The position numbers were made by a program, and so were the translations under genes. The notes under the pieces are model-generated. The model was not told the origin of the DNA. It saw only the letters and a program-made list of their open reading frames with translations, and ran no database searches. From Macrostomum lignano (Eukaryota), in the NCBI GenBank assembly GCA_002269645.1, contig NIVC01000127.1:310001-374000 (forward strand): a stretch of 64,000 nucleotides of DNA, read 5' to 3'. Position 1 is the first letter of the stretch. Each line of letters begins with the position of its first letter. Below are positions 36,101 to 47,298 of the stretch, piece after piece.

Positions 36101-39100
36101 TAGGTATTTTTCAGATTTTTAAATTAGCAATTATATAAAAGGAAACATTGTAATAAAAATTCAATGCTGACCGTAAAGTCTTTGCTGACTAGTTCGGAAC
36201 GCGAAGGCACCCGTTTCCATGGCAACACTGCCAGCAGGCTGATCCTATCCTGTCCGTAGGCGTCATTGTAGTCTCTGACCGCCTTGCCAGCCAGTTTAAC
36301 AATGCCTTTGCTCAGGCCGTCCGTCACCACCAGAGAGTCTAAGTAGGGAAATTGAAAGAGATATTGGGCCTGGGGAATCTGTGCAAAGGTTTCAGGGAGA
36401 CTGTCCGCTTGGTCCTTCAATCATGTAAGCTAGAGGGAGACTGTGTCCGCTTGGTCCTTCAATCATGTAAGCTAGAGGGAGACTGTGTCCACTTGGTCCT
36501 TCAATTATGTAAGCTAGAGGGAGACTGTGTCCGCTTGGTCCTTCAATCATGTAAGCTACAGGGAGACTGTGTCTACTTGGTCCTTCAATTATGTAAGTTA
36601 CAGGGAGACTGTGTCCGCTTGGTCCTTCAATCATGTAAGCTAGAGGGAGACTGTGTCCACTTGGTCCTTCAATCATGTAAGCTACAGGGAGACTGTGTCC
36701 ACTTGGTCCTTCAATTATGTAAGCTACAGGGAGACTGTGTCCGCTTGGTCCTTCAATCATGTAAGCTACAGGGATTCTGTCCTTCAGGCAACTGAGTCTC
36801 ACTTGAGCAGCCGGCCGCCTTCCAGAAGCCCTTCATAAAGACTTTGTTAAAGTCGGTGCGGGTTGACTGCCCGCCCAAGACCGTCACAATCATGGAGGGC
36901 TGCTGGATGCCCCAGACTTTGTGCAGCAGCCACAACAGCTGGGCATCTTCGGTGAAGCTGGAGATGCGGACGAACTTCGCAAGGAGGAAACGGGGATTTG
37001 CGATGGTTCAATTGCAGCTGCAGGCAGAATAAACATTGAAAAGTGCACACACTGCACACACTGCACACTGCATACACTGCACACACTGCACACTGCACAC
37101 ACTGCACACTGCACACTGCACACACTGCACACTGCACACACTGCACACACTGCACACTGCACACACTGCACACTGCACACACTGCACACTGCACACTGCA
37201 CACTGCACACACTGCACACACTGCACACACTGCACACACTGCACACTGCACACTGCACACACTACACACACTGAGCACACTGCAGACAATGCACACTGCA
37301 GACAATGCACACTGCACACTACACACACTGCACATACTGCACACACTGCACACACTGCACACTGCACACTGCACACTGCACACACTGCACACACTGCACA
37401 CACTGCACACTGCACACTGCACACACTACACACACTGAGCACACTGCAGACAATGCACACTGCAGACAATGCACAATGCACACTACACACACTGCTCATA
37501 CTGCACACACTGCACACACTGCACACACTGCACACTGCACAAACTGCACACAGTTCACACACTGCACACTGCACACGCTGCACACTGCACACTGCACACA
37601 CTGCACAAACTGCACACACTGCACACACTGCACACTGCACACACTGCACACAGCACAAACTGCACACAGTTCACACACTGCACACTGCACACACTGCACA
37701 CACTGCACACTGCACACACTGCACACTGCACACTGCACACTGCACACACTGCACACACTGCACACTGCACACTGCACACACTACACACACTGAGCACACT
37801 GCAGACAATGCACACTGCAGACAATGCACACTGCACACTACACACACTGCACATACTGCACACACTGCACACACTGCACATACTGCACAGACTACACACA
37901 CTGCACATACTGCACACACTGCACACACTGCACACTGCACACTGCACACACTGCACACACTGCACACTGCACAAACTGCACACAGTTCACACACTACACA
38001 CACTGCACATACTGCACACACTGCACACTGCACACACTGCACACTGCACACACTGCACACTGCACACACTGAGCACAATGCAGACAATGCACACTGCACA
38101 CACTGCACACACTGCACACTGCACACTGCACACTGCACACACTGCACACACTGCACACACTGCACACTGCACACACTGCACACACTGCACACTGCACACT
38201 GCACACACTACACACACTGAGCACACTGCAGACAATGCACACTGCAGACAATGCACAATGCACACTACACACACTGCACATACTGCACACACTGCACACA
38301 CTGCACACTGCACAAACTGCACACAGTTCACACACTGCACACTGCACACGCTGCACACTGCACACACTGCACACTGCACACACTGCACACTGCACACACT
38401 GCACACACTGCACACACTGCACACTGCACACACTGTACACACTGCACACACTGCACACTGCACACACTGAGCACAATGCAGACAATGCACACTGCACACT
38501 ACACACACTGCACATACTGCACACACTGCACACACTGCACACTGCACACACTGAGCACACTGCACACACTGCACACACTGAGCACACTGCACACTGCACA
38601 CACTGCACACTGCACACTGCACACTGCACACACTGAGCACACTGCACACACTGCACATTGCACACACTGCACACACTGCACACACTGCACACTGCACACA
38701 CTGAGCACACTGCACACTGCACACACTGCACACTGCACACTGCACACTGCACACACTGCACACTGCACACACTGAGCACACTGCACACTGCACACACTGC
38801 ACACTGCACACTGCACACTGCACACACTGCACACAATGCACACTGCACACTGCACACACTACACACACTGCACACACTGAGCACACTGCAGACAATGCAC
38901 ACTGCACACACTGCACACTGCACACTGCACACACTGAGCACACTGCACACACTGCACACACTGCACACATTGCACACTGCACACACTGCACACACTGCAC
39001 ACACAATGCACACTGCACACACTGCACACACTGCACACTGCACACACTGCACACACTGCACACACTGCACACACTGAGCACACTGCACACACTGCACACA

Positions 39101-40891
39101 TTGCACACTGCACACTCTGCACACACTGCACACACTGAGCACACTGCACACACTGCACACACTGAGCACACTGCACACACTGCACACACTGAGCACACTG
39201 CACACACTGAGCACACTGCACACACTGAGCACACTGCACACACTGAGCACACTGCACACACTGAGCACACTGCACACAAGAAGTAAATCGCAGCGCACTT
39301 TGGCAGAAAAGTAGTCGGACATCTTCAAGCTACCGAAAGCGTTGGTGACAACGGGCATCAGGTGGGTCTCGGCCGACCAGCTGCCGACTTCCAAGGAAAC
39401 GAGCGAGGAGTGCTCAAAGTACAGGTGCTCGTCCTGTGGCAGTCCGCAGTGGCACAGGCCCTCGGCTCTGGGGTGACGAAGTGACAGGGAATGATCTGCC
39501 ACCTGGGCTGCACTGAATGACCTGTCCACTCACTGAATGACCTGTCAACTCACTGAATGACCTGTCCAATCACTGAATGACCTGTCCACTCACTGAATGA
39601 CCTGTCCACTCCCTGAATGACTTGCCCACTCACTGAATGACCTGTCCACTCACTGAATGACCTGTCCACTCACTGAATGACCTGTCCACTCACTGAATGA
39701 CCTGTCCACTCACTGAATGACCTGTCCACTCACTGAATGACCTGTCCACTCACTGAATGACCTGTCCACTCACTGAATGACCTGTCCAATCACTGAATGA
39801 CCTGTCCACTCACTGAATGACTTGCCCACTCCCTGAATGACTTGCCCACTCACTGAATGACCTGTCCACTCACTGAATGACCTGTCCACTCACTGAATGA
39901 CCTGTCCATTCACTGAATGACCTGTCCACTCACTGAATGACCTGTCCAATCACTGAATGACCTGTCCACTCACTGAATGACCTGTCCACTCCCTGAATGA
40001 CCTGTCCACTCACTGAATGACCTGTCCAATCACTGAATGACCTGTCCACTCACTGAATGACCTGTCCACTCCCTGAATGACTTGCCCACTCACTGAATGA
40101 CCTGTCCACTCACTGAATGACCTGTCCACTGACCTGTCCACCACTGAATGACTTTATCACTCACTGAATGACTTGCCCACTCACTGAATGACTTGCCCAC
40201 TCACTGAATGACTTGCCCACTCACTGAATGACTTGCCCACTCACTGAATGACTTTATCACTCCCTGAATGACTTGCCCACTCACTGAATGACTTGCCCAC
40301 TCACTGAATGACTTGCCCACTCACTGAATGACTTGCCCACTCACTGAATGACTTGCCCACTCACTGAATGACCTGTCTACTCACTGAATGACCTGTCCAC
40401 TCACTGAATGACCTGTCCACTGACCTGTCCACCACTGAATGACCTGTCCACTCCATGAATGACTTGCCCACTCACTGAATGACTTGCCCACTCACTGAAT
40501 GACTTGCCCACTCACTGAATGACTTGCCCACTCACTGAATGACTTGTCCACTCACTGAATGACTTTATCACTCCCTGAATGACTTGCCCACTCACTGAAT
40601 GACTTGCCCACTCACTGAATGACTTGCCCACTCACTGAATGACTTGTCCACTCACTGAATGACTTTCCCACTCACTGAATGACTTGCCCACTCACTGAAT
40701 GACTTGCCCACTCACTGAATGACTTGCCCACTCACTGAATGACTTGCCCACTCACTGAATGACTTGCTCACTCACTGAATGACCTAATCCTTGATGTACT
40801 ACTGTTAATAAAAGATCCTGCATTACCTTTCAACAAACGTGCAGCACTCCCTCACATCCAGGCACCTGTGCTCGAAGAAGGCGCTGCTCAT
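21107..40891 (-). CDS. TRPM2: TRPM2-like cation channel module (MHR1-4, 6TM, TRP box, coiled coil, NUDT9-H). Exons 40891-40827, 39512-39299, 36974-36803, 36338-36172, 36043-35817, 35401-34930, 33217-33065, 32750-32082, 30970-30803, 30138-29695, 28847-28652, 27982-27853, 27373-27177, (27087-27070), 25946-25481, 24818-24657, 24576-24411, 23828-23460, 22653-22474, 21346-21107; about 1624 aa alone
   Basis: TRPM motifs RECCTFV, CHCG..H, FVRIS, LDPNHNFFLMVDD, DFYATPMVRF, WNLMDF, NLGPKVVMI, FGEL, NVLLLNLLIAMF, WTLQRY..PPP. NUDT9-H motifs WGPNH..ITRWKRD and NAWLE...NVHE. Splice phases are consistent except around 24.6-24.8 kb, where the acceptor choice is ambiguous. Symbol given by domain architecture; orthology untested. 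Confidence 0.92.
21457..22395. repeat. 20/22-bp minisatellite ccgtgtccataccctctcca (TRPM intron)
   Basis: Tandem units visible. Confidence 0.95.
22725..23450. repeat. 21-bp minisatellite aatcccacaccctcaatcgaa (TRPM intron)
   Basis: Tandem units visible. Confidence 0.95.
23855..24400. repeat. 10-bp cttgtctgtg/catgtctgtg repeat plus ccctgt repeat (TRPM intron)
   Basis: Tandem units visible. Confidence 0.92.
24865..25445. repeat. About 20-bp ggtgaaataccggacaccct repeat (TRPM intron)
   Basis: Tandem units visible. Confidence 0.92.
25955..27005. repeat. 28/27-bp minisatellite ggagtgaacaggtgtttgtgagcaggct grading into ggggtgatctgtgtctgtgagcaggct (TRPM intron)
   Basis: Tandem units visible, with a polar variant gradient. 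Confidence 0.95.
27425..27760. repeat. 57-bp tandem repeat, about 6 copies (TRPM intron)
   Basis: gtgcgcggtgagggtgagggtttcactgtacactctttctatccctctgtctggtta repeated without spacers. Confidence 0.93.
28060..28480. repeat. 21-bp minisatellite cagggcatgagaccatactgt (TRPM intron)
   Basis: Tandem units visible. Confidence 0.94.
28922..29690. repeat. 23-bp minisatellite atgactcactaatgatctagatt, interrupted by the SINE
   Basis: Tandem units on both sides of 29116-29477. Confidence 0.92.
29116..29477 (-). mobile_element. Full-length tRNA-derived SINE (about 360 bp) with A-tail
   Basis: Minus strand begins GGGGGCCGTAGCCCAGCGGTAG (A box) and GGCTCGATTCC (B box) and ends CTCTAATAAAAAAAA. It is flanked by a duplicated TAATGATCTAGAT, an apparent target-site duplication. 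Confidence 0.85.
30175..30732. repeat. 30-bp minisatellite gctgattggctcttctctccccaactcaat (TRPM intron)
   Basis: Tandem units visible. Confidence 0.95.
31055..32020. repeat. 20-bp minisatellite tctcccgatgtctacccgat (TRPM intron)
   Basis: Tandem units visible. Confidence 0.95.
32753..33020. repeat. G/T-rich (gggtgggtt)n low-complexity intron
   Basis: Dense GGG runs. Confidence 0.9.
33255..34920. repeat. 23-bp minisatellite ccgcccctagttagtgtctttat (TRPM intron)
   Basis: Tandem units visible. Confidence 0.95.
35445..35720. repeat. Degenerate about 57-bp tandem (aaatagaaacacggagtt...tcaagtggg) in a TRPM intron
   Basis: 4-5 diverged copies. Confidence 0.7.
36385..36775. repeat. 42-bp minisatellite cagggagactgtgtccgcttggtccttcaatcatgtaagcta (TRPM intron)
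   Basis: About 9 units. Confidence 0.94.
37042..39278. repeat. cacactg/cacacactg 7-9-bp satellite (TRPM intron)
   Basis: 2.2-kb array; source of the His/Thr and Cys/Val artefact ORFs. Confidence 0.96.
39513..40785. repeat. 20-bp minisatellite actgaatgacctgtccactc (same family as 15.2-19.2 kb)
   Basis: Tandem units visible; shares diagnostic variants with the 15-19 kb array. Confidence 0.96.
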
Positions 40892-40993
40892 CTGTGAGAA
40901 AAAAATGGACAAATGCCAAGAGGCTGGCTTGATGCACATGCCTGGAGCCTACTTGGCTCGTATAGCGCATGTAGCTGTGAACAGCGAACTTAC

Positions 40994-43900
40994 GGTTTGG
41001 TACAGTCTGATTAATTTTTGAACCTCGCTGCGCTTGTTTGCCAGGTCTACCGGTGTCTTGCCGTCCTGAATAGATTGGAAACCGAGTGCTTATCTGTATG
41101 GCATTACGGGTACTGTACTGTGCACACACTCGGAGCACACTGTACTGTACACACACTCGGAGCACACTGTACTGTACACACACTCGGAGCACACTGTACT
41201 GTACACACACTCGGAGCACACTGTACTGTACACACACTCGGAGCACACTGTACTGTACACACACTCGGAGCACACTGTACTGTACACACACTCGGAGCAC
41301 ACTGTACTGTACACACACTCGGAGCACACTGTACTGTACACACACTCGGAGCACACTGTACTGTACACACACTCGGAGCACACTGTACTGTACACACACT
41401 CGGAGCACACTGTACTGTACACACACTCGGAGCACACTGTACTGTACACACACTCGGAGCACACTGTACTGTACACACACTCAGAGCACACTGTACTGTA
41501 CACACACTCGGAGCACACTGTACTGTACACACACTCGGAGCACACTGTACTGTACACACACTCGGAGCACACTGTACTGTACACACACTCGGAGCACACT
41601 GTACTGTACACACACTCGGAGCACACTGTACTGTACACACAATCGGAGCACACTGTACTGTACACACACTCGGAGCACACTGTACTGTACACACACTCGG
41701 AGCACACTGTACTGTACACACACTCGGAGCACACTGTACTGTACACACACTCGGAGCACACTGTACTGTACACACACTCGGAGCACACTGTACTGTACAC
41801 ACACTCGGAGCACACTGTACTGTACACACACTCGGAGCACACTGTACTGTACACACACTCGGAGCACACTGTACTGTACACACACTCGGAGCACACTGTA
41901 CTGTACACACACTCGGAGCACACTGTACTGTACACACACTCGGAGCACACTGTACTGTACACACACTCGGAGCACACTGTACTGTACACACACTCGGAGC
42001 ACACTGTACTGTACACACACTCAGAGCACACTGTACTGTACACACACTCGGAGCACACTGTACTGTACACACACTCGGAGCACACTGTACTGTACACACA
42101 CTCGAAGCACACTGTACTGTACACACACTCGGAGCACACTGTACTGTACACACACTCAGAGCACACTGTACTGTACACACACTCGGAGCACACTGTACTG
42201 TACACACACTCGGAGCACACTGTACTGTACACACACTCGGAGCACACTGTACTGTACACACACTCGGAGCACACTGTACTGTACACACACTCGGAGCACA
42301 CTGTACTGTACACACACTCGGAGCACACTGTACTGTACACACACTCAGAGCACACTGTACTGTACACACACTCGGAGCACACTGTACTGTACACACACTC
42401 GGAGCACACTGTACTGTACACACACTCGGAGCACACTGTACTGTACACACACTCGGAGCACACTGTACTGTACACACACTCGGAGCACACTGTACTGTAC
42501 ACACACTCGGAGCACACTGTACTGTACACACAATCGGAGCACACTGTACTGTACACACACTCGGAGCACACTGTACTGTACACACACTCGGAGCACACTG
42601 TACTGTACACACACTCGGAGCACACTGTACTGTACACACAATCGGAGCACACTGTACTGTACACACACTCGGAGCACACTGTACTGTACACACACTCGGA
42701 GCACACTGTACTGTACACACACTCGGAGCACACTGTACTGTACACACACTCGGAGCACACTGTACTGTACACACACTCGGAGCACACTGTACTGTACACA
42801 CACACAACTACTACTAAGCTACTAATTTATCACGAATTTGTACTTTAACAGTTGCACTCACCCTGTTTCTGACCGTCCAGTCGAGCCGATCAATCAGGCA
42901 CAGCTGGGCTACACAGGCCGGGCCGGCCGCTGCGGCCAGGTGGCACGGCGTGTTGCCATGGCGATCGGCCACCTCGGACTGGCGCGGGATCCGCCTGGCC
43001 AGCTGGCGCACCAGGAACGGGTTGCCAACCAGACAGGCCAGGTGCAGCGGCGTCTCCCCGTCCTGAGGAGTCATTTAGAGTGAACTAGTAAAACACTTTA
43101 CTGTCTATATGGACAGAGCACCATAGACAACAAAAACCGTTCTTGCTGAATCCCCTTGAAGAGGGGCTGGCGCCTCCTCTGAAGCTGGCGCTCCTCTGTT
43201 GCTGGCGCCCTTTTCTGTAGCTGGCGCCCCCTCTGTAGCTGGCGCCCCTTTCTGTTAGCTGGCGCCCTTTTCTGTAGCTGGCGCCAACCTCTGTATCTGG
43301 CGCCCCTCTGAAGCTGGCGCTCCTCTGTTGCTGGCGCCCTTTTCTGTAGCTGGCGCCCCTTTCTGTTAGCTGGCGCCCTTTTCTGTAGCTGGCGCCAACC
43401 TCTGTATCTGGCGCCCCTCTGAAGCTGGCGCTCCCTCTGTAGCTGGCGCCCCCCCCTGGAGTAGCTGGCGCCCCCCCTGGAGTGGCTGGTGCCCCCCCCC
43501 CTTGTAGCTGGTGCCGCATTATAGCTGGTATAGCTGGTGCCCCCCCTGTAACTGGTGGCCCCCTGTAGCTGGTGCCCCCCTGTAACTGGTGGCCCCCTGT
43601 AGCTGGTGCCCCCCCCTTGTAGCTGGTGCCCCATTATAGCTGGTGCCCCCCCCTGTAACTGGTGGCTCCCTGTAGCTGGTGCCCCCCCCTTGTAGCTGGT
43701 GCCCCATTATAGCTGGTGCCCCCCCCTGTAACTGGTGGCCCCCTGTAGCTGGTGGCCCCTGTAGCTGGTGCCCCCCCCTGTAGCTGGTGCCCCCCTGTAA
43801 CTGGTGGCCCCCTGTAGCTGGTGGCCCCCTGTAGCTGGTGCCCCCCCTGTAGCTGGTGCCCCCCCTGTAGCTGGTGCCCCCCTGTAGCTGGTGCCCCCCC

Positions 43901-45227
43901 TGTAACTGGTGGCCCCCTGTAGCTGGTGGCTCCCTGTAGCTGGTGCCCCCCCTGTAGCTGGTGCCCCCCCTGTAGCTGGTGCCCCCCCTGTAGCTGGTGC
44001 CCCCCCCCTGTAACTGGTGGCCCCCTGTAGCTGGTGGCTCCCTGTAGCTGGTGCCCCCTGTAGCTGGTGCCCCCCTGTAGCTGGTGCCCCCCTGTAGCTG
44101 GTGCCCCCCTGTAGCTGGTGCCCCCCTGTAGCTGGTGCCCCCCTGTAGCTGGTGCCCCCCTGTAGCTGGTGCCCCCCTGTATCTGGTGCCCCCCTGTAGC
44201 TGGTGCCCCCCCCTGTAGCTGGTGCCCCTTTTTGAAATTGCAACTCACAGCGGTGAGCGGCGCGGGCTCCCCGGGTCGGCAGTAATCAAGCAGGAGGCTC
44301 ATCGTAGTCGGGCTGTCGATAGCAGCGGCCAGGTGCAGCAGGGTGCAGCAGTTGACGGCTGAGCGATTTGGAAGCTGGAACGGACCAAATAGCTGAGTTC
44401 GTAGATAGCTGGGATGTCTGCAGTGTTGCAGTGTCTTTGAGTGAGGCACAGTGTCTTTGAGTGAGGCACAGTGTCTGTGAGGGGGGCGCAGTCTCTATGG
44501 GAATGAGATGCAGTGTCTGTGAGGTGGGCGCAGTGTCTATGGGAATGAGATGCAGTGTCTGTGAGGGGGGCGCAGTGTCTATGGGAATGAGGTGCAGTGT
44601 CTATGGGAATGAGGTGCAGTGTCTATGGGAATGAGGTGCAGTGTCTATGGGAATGAGGTGCAGTGTCTATGGGAATGAGGTGCAGTGTCTGTGAGGAGGC
44701 GCAGTCTCTATGGGAATGAGGTGAAGTGTCTATGGGAATGAGGTGCAGTGTCTATGGGAATGAGGTGCAGTGTCTATGAGAATGAGGTGCAGTGTCTGTG
44801 AGGAGGCGCAGTGTCTATGGGAATGAGGTGCAGTGTCTGTGAGGAGGCGCAGTGTCTATGGGAATGAGGTGCAGTGTCTGTGAGGAGGCGCAGTGTCTAT
44901 GGGAATGAGGTGCAGTGTCTGAGGAGGTTCAGTGTCTATGGGAGTAAAGCTAAAGTCTTTCCACCGTTGACAAAGCGGAGCCTGGAGCGAGGCGCTCACC
45001 TGAATCCGGTCGGACTTGTACATGAAGGACATCTCCAGCATGCCGGCAGCCACTGCGGTCTGCAGTCTGCCTGGGGTCAGCTCATCGGCTTCAATCTCGC
45101 TAACTACGGCCTGCAGATCCCCGGCGGGCAGATTATTCCCATACTCCTCCAGATCCCGCAGCTTCAGACTGGAGTCGCTGCAGTTGAGCTCGGACATGAC
45201 TAAACTCACCGTGTGCTCGTCGGACAT
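40994..45227 (-). CDS. Ankyrin-repeat module (about 4 repeats); exons 45227-45000, 44374-44249, 43062-42862, 41065-40994. Probably the N-terminus of the TRPM gene; otherwise a stand-alone protein stopping at 40949
   Basis: CTLLHLAAA, DGETPLHLAC, HGNTPCHLAA, DGKTPVDLA. All introns are GT-AG phase 0. The 5' end of the first exon is less certain. Confidence 0.82.
41112..42805. repeat. Highly homogeneous 27-bp minisatellite actgtactgtacacacactcggagcac (ankyrin intron)
   Basis: About 62 near-identical units; open in several frames. Confidence 0.97.
43170..44228. repeat. tagctggcgccc / tagctggtgccccccctg minisatellite (ankyrin intron)
   Basis: Tandem units with variable C-runs. Confidence 0.93.
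44420..44945. repeat. 22-bp minisatellite gtgtctatgggaatgaggtgca (ankyrin intron)
   Basis: Tandem units visible. Confidence 0.93.
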
Positions 45228-45864
45228 GCCTGCTTGCGGTTGGAGCGGATGACAGAGTGTGCACTACTAGCTGCTGTTTCTGGGAGAGCAGCTCAGTGCA
45301 AATGTGGCCGGCAGTCAGCCGTATATGGAAGCCCGTGGGAGACCTGATGGGAGGAAAGGGGGCTGCTCCTAGCGATTCTGAACAATGCTTCGCCCGGGAG
45401 ACTCACTTAGAGAATAGAAGCTGCCCCGAGAGGCTGTCACCCCACTGAGCATTTCAGCTCAGCTCAAAAATTAAGTTTTCGCTTTGTTGTCTCACGGTTG
45501 CTTGGGACAATTCTCCCAGCCCCGTCCCATGGCACTTGAATACTTCTGGTTGAGAATTTCGTTTTGAGTCCGCATTGATCGGCTAATAGTGACGCCTTCT
45601 CAGCAAGCAGCTACTGCTCAAGCATCTCAAATAGCTACTCAAACAGCAGCTCTTGCATGAAAGCATGGAGAGCTAAGTGTGTTAGACTTCCGAAACAATG
45701 GGTATTGGGCCTCTCCGGAAAGTTTTGTACTTTTTGTAGTATGAAATTTTGTTATACTGCGGCATATGTATTCCATATATAAAGTGATAAAATTATGATT
45801 TTTTGAGCAACATTTGTTAAATTTTTGCTTTGTTAGTTTGCAGCAGGCCACTATACTTCGGTTG

Positions 45865-46030
45865 CACACTCAGCAACTCGGGTAGCACACTCAGCAACTC
45901 AGATCGGACAAACAGCAATTCTTGTTGTACACTCAACAACTCGGATTAAACACTCAGCAACTCTGGTTGCTCACTCAGCAACTCATGTTGTACACTCAGC
46001 AACTAGGGTTGCGCACTCAGCAACTCATGT
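45865..46030. repeat. Short degenerate cactcagcaactc tandem
   Basis: About 7 units. Confidence 0.7.
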
Positions 46031-46549
46031 TAAGCAACATGAACTACACAATGACTGACTGGTTGGTATCTGATAAGAAAAAATGACACGAACTGAATCC
46101 ACCGCAGCATTCCCCAAGTCTCAAGTCTAAAGTCAATGTCACAGTCACTGTTGCACGCAAACAGCCGGCAGTTATGTATATTTATGGAAACAATCTGTAA
46201 CGGTAATAGCTTCAAATTTTAGACTAAAATACTCCAAATATTACTCATGATTTAGATACTACTACTGTCGCAGAGAAAGGATAAATCGAGACGATGAGTG
46301 AGCACCAAGTTCAATAGCAATTATGTAAGGCACTGTTAAATTATTATAGTGTAGCGACTGCTCCATTAGTCCCTCAGTTAAAGAAGTCATAAAGGTAAAG
46401 AATACTTCGTATGGTATTCGGAAATATCCGATGCAAAGAATTCAATTCAAGTTGAGGACAGAGAAATGACTGCAGCTTGATCAGAAAAGATGACGAAGGA
46501 ACAAGTAATTTTGTGTCCAACAACAGGTACTAATATTTGAAACAGTACC

Positions 46550-47125
46550 GGGGCGAGAGGGCGAGGAAGGGAAAGGAGAGAGGAGAGAGGAGGGGAAGGG
46601 GAGGGGAGAGGGAGAGGGGAGAGGGAGAGACGAGTGGGGGGAGAGAGGAGAGAGGAGGGGAAGGGGAGGGGAGAGGGAGAGGGAGGGGGGAGAGGGAGAG
46701 AGGAGTGAGGCCTGTGAGGGGTGAGGGGGAGAGGAGGGAGGGGAGAGGGGAGAGGAGTGGGGGAGAGGGGAGAGAAATGAGGGGAGAGGGGGAGAGGAGG
46801 GAGGGGAGAAGGGCAGAGGGAGGGGAGAAGGGCAGAGGGAGGGGAGAGGGGAGAGAAGGGAGGGGAGAGGGGAAGAGGAAAGAGGGGAGAGGGGAGAGGA
46901 GGGAGGGGAGAGGGGGGGAGGAAAGAGGGGAGAGGGGAGAGGAGGGAGGGGAGAGGGGGAGAGGAGAGAGGGGAGAGGGGGAGAGGAGGGAGAGGAGAGG
47001 GGAGAGGGGGAGGAGAGGGGAGAGGGGGAGAGGAGGGAGGGGAGGAGAGTAGGGGGAGAGGAGGGAGGGGGAGGAAGATGGGGGAGGGGAGGGGGGAGGG
47101 AGATGGGGGAAGGAGGGAGAGGGGG
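46550..47125. repeat. Polypurine (GA-rich) low-complexity tract
   Basis: Almost only G and A on the + strand. Confidence 0.92.
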
Positions 47126-47298
47126 CTCGACTTACTTGACTTAGCTGCAGGGCTGTCCCAGAGGGGACACAGCGGGAAGGCGCGGACGCCAGCGCAGGAG
47201 AGGGGGAGAGGAGGGCAGAGGGGCGAAGACAAGGCAGGAGGCGGAGAGGTGCCAGCATAATGACGCACAGAGCTGATGGAGGCACAGTTCGCTGTCCC

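Noticed and set aside
36847-39529. His/Thr-rich and Cys/Val-rich ORFs resembling metallothionein or His-rich proteins
   Set aside because: Artefacts of the cacactg satellite; only the flanking TRPM exons are real.
41018-42825. 567-599-aa ORFs (GAHCTVHTL, RSTLYCTHT, SECVYSTVC repeats)
   Set aside because: Stop-free translations of a 27-bp intronic minisatellite on both strands; they lie inside a GT-AG intron of the ankyrin module.
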